A DNA stretch of 27,172 nt from a virus (lineage: Duplodnaviria > Heunggongvirae > Uroviricota > Caudoviricetes), in the IMG/VR virus record IMGVR_UViG_2844443253_000009. One strand, given 5' to 3'. How positions within the stretch are numbered: position 1 is the first letter of the stretch; every line of letters starts with the position of its first letter. The position numbers and the translations under genes are program-made. This document shows, one piece after another, positions 19,966 through 27,172 of this stretch. The notes under the pieces are model-generated. The model saw only the letters and a list, made by a program, of their open reading frames with translations. It made no database searches and was not told the DNA's origin.

Positions 19966-20041
19966 TGGTGGCCCTTGCTGGACTTGAACCAGCGACCTGG
20001 CGATTATGAGTCGCTCGCTCTCACCACTGAGCTAAAGGGCC
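19966..20041 (-). tRNA. tRNA with CAU anticodon: tRNA-Ile2 (lysidine)-like, elongator Met not excluded
   Basis: 76 nt: GGCCCTTTAGCTCAGTGGTGAGAGCGAGCGACTCATAATCGCCAGGTCGCTGGTTCAAGTCCAGCAAGGGCCACCA. Closely resembles E. coli ileX/ileY as remembered. Confidence 0.8.
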
Positions 20042-20129
20042 GGAGGCAGAATAATAACCATATGTCATCACATCTGCAAACTCATCTGACCACCAGCACG
20101 TTTAACGTCCTGTGCCATTTTTCAGGCAT

Positions 20130-20150
20130 AAAAAAACCGCTCGGCGGCGG
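20130..20150 (-). terminator. Candidate tR'-like intrinsic terminator between the Q-like gene and the tRNA cluster
   Basis: Minus strand reads CCGC-CGA-GCGG followed by TTTTTTT. The stem is short (4-5 bp), so this is a weak call. Confidence 0.3.
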
Positions 20151-20217
20151 GTTTTGCTTACTTTACCATCGCGTACAAAATCGGCAAAGTATCAGATTTG
20201 CATGAGATATATGCCTT

Positions 20218-20907
20218 TTAATCTACTTTTGCAATACTTTGCTTTGAAAATGCCGCTTTTTGTTCTGAACGTGTTCTCATCACAAACAATAAAGCCTCAC
20301 TATCCAGTCGGTGAAAAATGTGTTTCATTACAACCCAGTGACCAGTAAATGTTTTGGACCAGTTTTTGGTTGTTACTCCCGCCAGTAATGCCAGCTCCTG
20401 ATATTCATAACCTTCCCCACCAAAAAGTTCTGCTTTTACCGCCTGCGCCGCCAGCCAGATTAATTTTTTCAGGCGTTCCTGTGTTTTCTCTGCAATTTTC
20501 CTAGTGCCAGAATGAGCCTTAAACTCTTCCCACGCCCAGTGGGTTATGGTGATCTGATACTCCCAGCAAATACTTCCGCTGTAACACCACAACAACCAGG
20601 CTTTATAGTGCTCTTCAAGAGACAGAACAGCCCGCCGCCACGATGATGTCGAAAACGCAACCTGACTGACCAGAGGAATTGACGCCCCCTTCGCCAGTGA
20701 TTGTTTTCCCGGGATTGGTGGATTATCCCGCGTTATCATTTTTCCGGTCACCTCATCGCGGTACCGGATTTTTTTACGCCTGTAACGCCCTGTATCGAAC
20801 ATGGCATTCTCCTGCCAGGCTTCAAGCTGACCTTTTGTCGCCCCACTCAAATCAGCGGTGGCGATAATGAGCTGCTCACGAACAAACTGTAAATACTGGT
20901 TATTCAT
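20218..20907 (-). CDS. Putative late-gene antiterminator (Q-like), called from synteny
   Basis: 229 aa (MNNQYLQFVREQ...). ATG at 20907 overlaps the rusA stop (ATGA). It lies between rusA and the tRNA cluster, where Q sits in 82/933W-type lambdoid phages. No confident sequence-level match recalled. Confidence 0.45.
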   Translation of the reverse strand: MNNQYLQFVREQLIIATADLSGATKGQLEAWQENAMFDTGRYRRKKIRYRDEVTGKMITRDNPPIPGKQSLAKGASIPLVSQVAFSTSSWRRAVLSLEEHYKAWLLWCYSGSICWEYQITITHWAWEEFKAHSGTRKIAEKTQERLKKLIWLAAQAVKAELFGGEGYEYQELALLAGVTTKNWSKTFTGHWVVMKHIFHRLDSEALLFVMRTRSEQKAAFSKQSIAKVD

Positions 20908-21263
20908 GCACACTCCAGCTCTGTGATTTTTATCCCCAACCGACCACCAGGAACAGGCAGTCCGCGCACAATATTGGTTTCATCAAACTGCTCGTCGTCG
21001 ATAAGCAACCCCGCATGTGTCAGTGCATCCAGTGGTGCTTTCAGGATATTGTCCAGGTCACGACGCCGCTTATCCGGTGGCTCTGCAATAATCTTTATCG
21101 CCAGTCTTCCGGACAGGCTTAATTTCAGTCGCTGCTGACGGACAATAAGCGCCACATCCCGGCGATAACGCTCACCGGCTTTTGATACAAAATATGTGCT
21201 GCCACGACGTCGCCAGTAAGTATTCACCGTCGGCGGATAAGGTAAAATAAACTCATGGCGCAT
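20904..21263 (-). CDS. rusA: Holliday junction resolvase RusA
   Basis: 119 aa. YPPTVNTYWRRRG...DKRRRDLDNILKAPLDALTHAGLLIDDEQ...GGRLGIKITE matches the RusA family (E. coli RusA: PWPPSNNRYYRH...[29 protein letters not shown]...GGRLELTITE). Confidence 0.9.
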   Translation of the reverse strand: MRHEFILPYPPTVNTYWRRRGSTYFVSKAGERYRRDVALIVRQQRLKLSLSGRLAIKIIAEPPDKRRRDLDNILKAPLDALTHAGLLIDDEQFDETNIVRGLPVPGGRLGIKITELECA

Positions 21264-21400
21264 CAGCGCAGCACCTCCTGCACCAGCTTTTCAAACTTTC
21301 CGACTCTGGTTTCCAGCTCTGCCACACAGTCCACCAGCTCATCTACTGCTTTCTGTGCGCGATGCTTCGCCTGCATCAGTTCCCGAAGCGCGGGTACCAT
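21263..21400 (-). CDS. Small coiled-coil ORF or 3' gene remnant abutting the IS600 left end
   Basis: 45 codons (MVPALRELMQAKHRAQKAVDELVDCVAELETRVGKFEKLVQEVLR). Stop overlaps the rusA start. The ATG is 2 bp from the IS600 end, so this is either a complete small gene whose upstream signals were replaced by the IS or the C-terminus of a truncated gene. Confidence 0.3.
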   Translation of the reverse strand: MVPALRELMQAKHRAQKAVDELVDCVAELETRVGKFEKLVQEVLR

Positions 21401-21466
21401 ATTGAGGTAGCCTGAGTTTAACGGACACTCCTTCCTGAAATAGAATGGCATCAGAAGGAGCCAATA

Positions 21467-21769
21467 ATGAGCAGAAAAACCCAACGTTACTCTAAATAGT
21501 TCAAAGCCGAAGCTGTCAGAACGGTTCTTGAAAATCAACTTTCGATCAGTGAAGGCGCTTCCCGATTATCCCTTCCTGAAGGCACTTTAGGACAATGGGT
21601 TACCGCCGCCAGAAAAGGGCTCGGTACTCCTGGTTCCCGCACGGTGGCTGAACTGGAATCTGAAATTCTGCAACTGCGTAAGGCGTTAAATGAAGCTCGC
21701 CTTGAGCGAGATATATTAAAAAAAGCAACAGCGTATTTTGCACAGGAGTCGCTGAAAAATACGCGTTAA
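21467..21769 (+). pseudogene. IS600 orfA with an in-frame amber stop at codon 11
   Basis: Translation reads MSRKTQRYSK-stop(TAG at 21497-21499)-FKAEAVRTVLENQLSISEGASRLSLPEGTLGQWVTAARKGLGTPGSRTVAELESEILQLRKALNEARLERDILKKATAYFAQESLKNTR. Intact IS600 OrfA has Glu at this codon (GAG to TAG). Confidence 0.8.
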
Positions 21770-21804
21770 TCGAACAATGGCGACAACAATTTCCCATTGA
21801 AGCG

Positions 21805-22623
21805 ATGTGTCAGGTATTTGGTGTATCCAGGAGCGGTTATTACAACTGGGTACAGCATGAACCCTCAGACAGAAAACAAAGTGATGAGCGGCTAAAACTG
21901 GAGATTAAGGTGGCACATATCCGCACTCGCGAAACATATGGAACCCGGCGGCTCCAGACGGAGCTGGCAGAGAATGGCATCATCGTTGGTCGTGACCGAC
22001 TGGCACGTCTTCGTAAGGAGCTGAGGCTACGCTGTAAGCAGAAACGCAAGTTCAGAGCGACTACGAACCCGAACCACAATCTGCCAGTTGCGCCAAATCT
22101 GCTGAACCAGACGTTCGCTCCTACAGCACCAAATCAGGTCTGGGTGGCGGACCTGACGTATGTTGCCACACAGGAGGGATGGTTGTACCTCGCTGGCATC
22201 AAAGATGTTTATACGTGTGAAATTGTCGGCTACGCCATGGGAGAGCGCATGACAAAAGAGCTGACAGGTAAAGCCCTGTTTATGGCGCTCAGGAGCCAGC
22301 GCCCACCTGCCGGGCTAATCCACCACTCTGATCGAGGTTCACAGTACTGCGCATACGATTACCGGGTCATACAGGAGCAGTTTGGTCTGAAAACATCAAT
22401 GTCGCGTAAAGGTAACTGTTACGACAACGCTCCGATGGAAAGCTTCTGGGGAACGCTGAAAAATGAGAGCCTGAGCCACTATCGTTTTAATAACCGGGAT
22501 GAAGCCATCTCAGTAATACGGGAATACATTGAGATTTTCTACAATCGTCAGCGTCGTCACTCTCGTCTGGGGAATATCTCCCCGGCAGCCTTCAGGGAAA
22601 AATATCATCAGATGGCTGCTTAA
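21805..22623 (+). CDS. IS600 orfB (DDE integrase core; normally made as an OrfAB fusion by -1 frameshift)
   Basis: 272 aa with an rve-type catalytic core (VWVADLTYV ... HSDRGSQY ... NCYDNAPMESFWGTLK). Frame is -1 relative to orfA. Confidence 0.9.
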   Translation: MCQVFGVSRSGYYNWVQHEPSDRKQSDERLKLEIKVAHIRTRETYGTRRLQTELAENGIIVGRDRLARLRKELRLRCKQKRKFRATTNPNHNLPVAPNLLNQTFAPTAPNQVWVADLTYVATQEGWLYLAGIKDVYTCEIVGYAMGERMTKELTGKALFMALRSQRPPAGLIHHSDRGSQYCAYDYRVIQEQFGLKTSMSRKGNCYDNAPMESFWGTLKNESLSHYRFNNRDEAISVIREYIEIFYNRQRRHSRLGNISPAAFREKYHQMAA

Positions 22624-22665
22624 AAAAGAACAAATGGTAGTGTCCGCTATTGCCAGTACACCTCA

Positions 22666-22875
22666 CAACGCCATCCTGACAAGCGTTTTATCTTCAACGG
22701 GAATGAGATATGGAAACGTGGAGAATCAACCACAGAGTATACCCGCGCACACCAGCGAACAATCAGACGACTGCGCAGACTCATCGCCAGGAAACAGTAT
22801 ACAGAAAAATGGTTCAGAAAATATGACACATGGAGCGCCGGATATTACGAACTGATGGCAACAAAACCATTCTGA
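22666..22875 (+). other. 5'-truncated ORF remnant starting at the IS600 right boundary
   Basis: The open frame begins at the IS boundary and has no start codon: QRHPDKRFIFNGNEIWKRGESTTEYTRAHQRTIRRLRRLIARKQYTEKWFRKYDTWSAGYYELMATKPF-stop. It is protein-like but no family is recognised. Confidence 0.3.
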
Positions 22876-22935
22876 CGTAAACGAAATTAACCATGACGCA
22901 ATTAAATAAGGCAAGCCGAATACATCAGGAGGACC

Positions 22936-23124
22936 ATGAACATTTATTTCAGAATAGTTATATCACTGGCAATTATCGCATGTATTTACGGATTAATCGT
23001 TCCGGCCCTCATATCAATGAAGGATACGGTAGCAGTGATTTCTGGCTTTGCTCTGGCGTGTCTGACCCCGCCCTGCATTTATGCCATTTATAAGGGTCTT
23101 TCTTTTTCTAAGGATAAAAGATGA
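22936..23124 (+). CDS. Small membrane protein (62 aa, two predicted transmembrane helices)
   Basis: Strong RBS (AGGAGGACC) before the ATG. Two hydrophobic segments (IVISLAIIACIYGLIVPALI and VAVISGFALACLTPPCIYAIY). Stop overlaps the start of the next gene (ATGA). Confidence 0.6.
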   Translation: MNIYFRIVISLAIIACIYGLIVPALISMKDTVAVISGFALACLTPPCIYAIYKGLSFSKDKR

Positions 23125-23948
23125 AAAAAGTTATTCCTGCTTTAGCCCTTGTTCTGCTGACCACCGGACTTGTCGGTTGCGATCGCGTTGAGCCTGGTAA
23201 TGTTGGCATCAAGGTAAACAAACTGGGCGACGATAAAGGCGTCGGAGAAGTGGTCGGTGTTGGGCGCTACTGGACGGGATGGAACACTGAGGTTTACATC
23301 TTCCCGACCTTCAAACAAATGAAGACCTACGATGAGCCATTCAGCTTCCAGATGAGTGACGGTACAACCATCGGCTATCACATCGGCGTGGCCTACAAAG
23401 TTGATCCATCCAAAGTTACCACAGTCTTTCAGACCTACCGCAAAGGCGTGGACGACATTACCGACACCGACCTGCGCCAGAAGATAGCCGACGCACTCAA
23501 CCGACTGGCCAGCAAAATGACCACCGACAAATTTATCGACGGCGGCAAGTCTGAGCTGCTGGATGCAGCTCTTAAAGACATTCAGGAAGAAATGACGCCC
23601 ATCGGTATTCAGGTAATGAGCCTCTCATATGTGGGTAAGCCGGAGTACCCGCCTACTGTTATCGACAGCATTAATGCCAAAGTCACGGCGAACCAGAAAA
23701 CCCTGCAATGCGAGCAGGAAGTAAAACAGCGCGAAGCGGAAGCCAACATGTTGCGCGCGGAAGCTGCCGGACAGGCAGATGCGATTCGCACAAAAGCCCA
23801 GGCCGAAGCCGATGCTATTCGTTTACGCGGTGAAGCTCTGCGCCAGAACCCAAACGTTATGGAGCTGGAAGCCATCAACAAGTGGAACGGTACACTGCCG
23901 CAATACATGACCAGCGGTGCCAACACACCATTTATTCAGGTTAAGTAA
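23121..23948 (+). CDS. SPFH/band-7 (prohibitin/HflC-like) domain lipoprotein
   Basis: 275 aa. Lipoprotein signal peptide with lipobox LVGC (MKKVIPALALVLLTTGLVGCD). Central band-7-like region and a C-terminal Ala/Glu-rich coiled coil (QREAEANMLRAEAAGQADAIRTKAQAEADAIRLRGEALRQ). Confidence 0.8.
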   Translation: MKKVIPALALVLLTTGLVGCDRVEPGNVGIKVNKLGDDKGVGEVVGVGRYWTGWNTEVYIFPTFKQMKTYDEPFSFQMSDGTTIGYHIGVAYKVDPSKVTTVFQTYRKGVDDITDTDLRQKIADALNRLASKMTTDKFIDGGKSELLDAALKDIQEEMTPIGIQVMSLSYVGKPEYPPTVIDSINAKVTANQKTLQCEQEVKQREAEANMLRAEAAGQADAIRTKAQAEADAIRLRGEALRQNPNVMELEAINKWNGTLPQYMTSGANTPFIQVK

Positions 23949-23991
23949 TACATATGCCCGGTATTACACGCCGGGCTGTCTGGAGATAAAA

Positions 23992-24741
23992 ATGAATACT
24001 GTAACCATCAACAACAAACAGTTTCCGGTAATCGAATATCGCGGTCAGCGTGTTGTGACGCTGGCGATGATTGATGAAGTCCACCAGCGACCGGAAGGAA
24101 CCGCGCGTGCAGCATTCAACCGAAACCGTGAGCATTTCATCAGCGGTGTGGATTATGCCGAATTAGGTGCGGACGTAATACGTACGGACCTCCCGGAAGG
24201 AACATTCTCTAAATTTGCACCATCGGGGATTGTACTTTTTGAATCAGGTTACCTGATGTTGACGAAGCCATTCAATGACGCCCTTGCCTGGCAGGTTCAG
24301 CGCGAACTGGTTAACAGCTACTTCCGCACTCGCACACCGCTAACGGAAATCGAGATGATCGCTGCGATAGCCGCCGACGCTGTTCGTCAACAGAAGCGCC
24401 TGAATCATGTGGAAGAACAGCTCGAAACAGTCACAGAAGCGGTGGAAACCATCAAACGCGGAAATATGCGCGCCGGATATGTCGGTTACCGCCAGGTGGT
24501 AGCCAAAAGTGGAATGAGTGACACCAAGTGTCGGAATCTGGTGAACGCATATCAAATTCCTACAGACACCCACGAATTCATGACTCCGGACGGTCTGTTG
24601 TCTCGCAGGGCTATCGTCGAGCTTGAGCCATTTATGGCGGCGTTCCACCAAATGATGTCAGAGGCTGACCCACGCGGCACACGCTGGTATCACCCGAAGA
24701 TGGGGCTTTTCCAGGTGATCGGATGGGAGGATAAAGCATGA
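23992..24741 (+). CDS. Phage antirepressor-like protein (ORF6N N-domain, ORF6C-like C-domain)
   Basis: Start at MNTVTINNKQFPVIEYRGQRVVTLAMIDEVHQRPEGTARAAFNRNREHFISGVDY, the characteristic ORF6N (KilA-N-like) signature. RBS GGAGA. The ORF track starts 25 codons upstream. Confidence 0.7.
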   Translation: MNTVTINNKQFPVIEYRGQRVVTLAMIDEVHQRPEGTARAAFNRNREHFISGVDYAELGADVIRTDLPEGTFSKFAPSGIVLFESGYLMLTKPFNDALAWQVQRELVNSYFRTRTPLTEIEMIAAIAADAVRQQKRLNHVEEQLETVTEAVETIKRGNMRAGYVGYRQVVAKSGMSDTKCRNLVNAYQIPTDTHEFMTPDGLLSRRAIVELEPFMAAFHQMMSEADPRGTRWYHPKMGLFQVIGWEDKA

Positions 24742-25307
24742 TCATCCAGTCAAAACTTATTCGCGCCGCTCTGGTGTGCGCTGCTAAAAACGACGTTCGT
24801 TATTACCTGAACGGTCTTCACATCACGCCGAAACATATTGAGGCAACCAATGGTTCCGTGGCACTGCGCATGGCTCACGGCATCCGGACGAAGAAAAACA
24901 TCATTGTCCAGTTCGAAGGGGGCGTCCCGGCCAAAGCCGAAACGACAGAGCTGATTTTTAGTAAAGAGCCGATCGCTGTTCATCGCGACCAGTTTCAGCG
25001 ACGACTGTCCATTACCGGCATTAAACTGGTGGACGGTTGTTTTCCGGATTTGGATCGCATCATTCCGAAAAAGTTTGACCGCTGTACTCACCCGGTGCTC
25101 CAGGCGGGTTACCTGAGTTATCCAGAGAAGATGTTTGGTCGTGAGCGTAAATTTATTCCCGTCCAGTTACGTCCCTCCGGTGACGGGCAAGCGGTCAGAA
25201 TTCAGTTTGATTCCATCATCAACTCAATGTATGGCAATCCTGAATTTGTTGTGATGCCTTGTCGTGATCATGGCGATTTCAACGTGGCTCAGGAGCATCC
25301 GGAATGA
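24738..25307 (+). CDS. Truncated DNA polymerase III beta sliding-clamp (DnaN) homolog, about half length
   Basis: 189 aa. Aligns to E. coli DnaN domains II-III as remembered: DVRYYLNGLHI...IEATNGSVALRM vs DVRYYLNGMLF...TVATDGHRLAV; IAVHRDQF...KLVDGCFPDLDRIIPKKFD vs IRAHVGDF...KLVDGRFPDYRRVLPKNPD; EFVVMPCR vs AAYVVMPMRL. Strong RBS (GGGAGG); ATGA overlap with the upstream gene. Confidence 0.7.
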   Translation: MIIQSKLIRAALVCAAKNDVRYYLNGLHITPKHIEATNGSVALRMAHGIRTKKNIIVQFEGGVPAKAETTELIFSKEPIAVHRDQFQRRLSITGIKLVDGCFPDLDRIIPKKFDRCTHPVLQAGYLSYPEKMFGRERKFIPVQLRPSGDGQAVRIQFDSIINSMYGNPEFVVMPCRDHGDFNVAQEHPE

Positions 25308-25426
25308 AAATCGAATACCAGGACGCCGCAGGAGGTGAATCAATGAGCTGGCCTGATGCAATCGTAACTCTGGGGATGGTATTCGCAGTAGCGTTTGTTG
25401 TGTACTCGATTTGTCGATGGGGATAA
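25304..25426 (+). CDS. Small hydrophobic peptide (40 aa, or 27 aa from the internal ATG)
   Basis: Not in the ORF track (under 60 aa). MKIEYQDAAGGESMSWPDAIVTLGMVFAVAFVVYSICRWG. ATG overlaps the clamp-like gene stop (ATGA). The internal ATG at 25343 is preceded by AGGAGGTGAATCA, and the C-terminal 20 aa form one hydrophobic helix. Confidence 0.35.
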   Translation: MKIEYQDAAGGESMSWPDAIVTLGMVFAVAFVVYSICRWG

Positions 25427-25430
25427 CCAC

Positions 25431-25673
25431 ATGTTCGCTTTGATTCAACGCGGGCAGATATACACAGACAGAGCCGGATACCCAGTAGAAATTACTCGCA
25501 GTACTGAGCACTCAGTGTTCTTTCGGAGGATGGACGGACGTACCGGGCGAGTACGCATCGGTGAATTCAGTAGCCTGTTCGAGCATATTGACCACCTGGA
25601 ATATCACAAGATTCTGGCTGAAACAGAACAAGAAAAGCACCTGAAGAAATTACGCGCAATGCAAAGGAAGTAA
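25431..25673 (+). CDS. Hypothetical protein (80 aa)
   Basis: ORF from MFALIQRGQIYTDRAGYPVEI..., same strand and tightly spaced within the operon. No family recognised. Confidence 0.45.
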   Translation: MFALIQRGQIYTDRAGYPVEITRSTEHSVFFRRMDGRTGRVRIGEFSSLFEHIDHLEYHKILAETEQEKHLKKLRAMQRK

Positions 25674-25676
25674 AAA

Positions 25677-25823
25677 ATGAATAAAGCGTTTGAGCTATGG
25701 GTCCACCAGCGTTACGGCAACCACTACGACCTGACGCGAGATGTTGACGGTTTCTACTGTCGTGAAATTGTGAAACGAATGTTTGAGGTCTGGTGCCACT
25801 GCCGTGGGCTGAGTGTTGTGTGA
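25677..25823 (+). CDS. Hypothetical small protein (48 aa)
   Basis: MNKAFELWVHQRYGNHYDLTRDVDGFYCREIVKRMFEVWCHCRGLSVV with an AAGGAAG RBS. Not in the ORF track (under 60 aa). Confidence 0.4.
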   Translation: MNKAFELWVHQRYGNHYDLTRDVDGFYCREIVKRMFEVWCHCRGLSVV

Positions 25824-25831
25824 GGTAATGC

Positions 25832-25995
25832 ATGGGCAATGTGATTCAACTGGCTCCCAATGAATGGGTTTGTGAAAGCGTTCTAATCGCAATTACCGGG
25901 CTCAAACCAGGCACAATTCTTCGGACCCGGAAAGAATGCTGGATGGTTGGAAGAGAGTATATTCACGTATCACCAGACGGTAATCCAAAGCCTTC
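25832..25995 (+). pseudogene. Small phage ORF, 3'-truncated by the IS911 insertion
   Basis: MGNVIQLAPNEWVCESVLIAITGLKPGTILRTRKECWMVGREYIHVSPDGNPKP is followed directly by the IS911 terminal sequence (TGAAGTGGTCAACAAAAACTGGCCACC); the last 11 codons of the track ORF are IS-encoded. GAGGT RBS. Confidence 0.4.
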
Positions 25996-26003
25996 TGAAG
26001 TGG

Positions 26004-27172
<1,169 letters not shown>

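Larger units (their letters stand above)
21403..22665 (+). mobile_element. IS600 (IS3 family)
   Basis: 1263 bp from TGAGGTAGCCTGAGTTTAACGGACACTCC to ...GTGTCCGCTATTGCCAGTACACCTCA, with imperfect terminal inverted repeats. OrfA and OrfB match IS600 as remembered. A7 slippery run at 21718-21724. Flanking 3-bp sequences (TAT / CAA) differ, so no target-site duplication is evident. Confidence 0.85.

Overview
This window reads as a degraded lambdoid prophage from a Shigella/EIEC-type genome, cut into three segments by IS elements. Segment A (1-17572): a near-complete lambda-like tail module on the minus strand (FI, FII, Z, U, V, G/GT, H, M, L, K, I, J, lom, stf, tfa-like), then on the plus strand an ipaH-family type III effector with a MxiE-box promoter and a dinI-like gene. 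The tape-measure gene H and the tfa-like gene are each frameshifted inside a long homopolymer. Segment B (17573-21402): an IS110-family element sits where the head and lysis genes should be, followed by a tightly packed four-tRNA cluster, a Q-like gene and rusA. Segment C (22666-25995): after an IS600 copy with an amber stop in orfA, a compact plus-strand operon encodes a small membrane protein, an SPFH lipoprotein, an ORF6N-type antirepressor-like protein, a half-length DnaN (beta-clamp) homolog and several small ORFs, ending where IS911 truncates the last gene. The clamp-like protein and the membrane/SPFH pair are the best candidates for uncharacterised biology. All protein identifications are from reading the translations against remembered family sequences; no database search was run.
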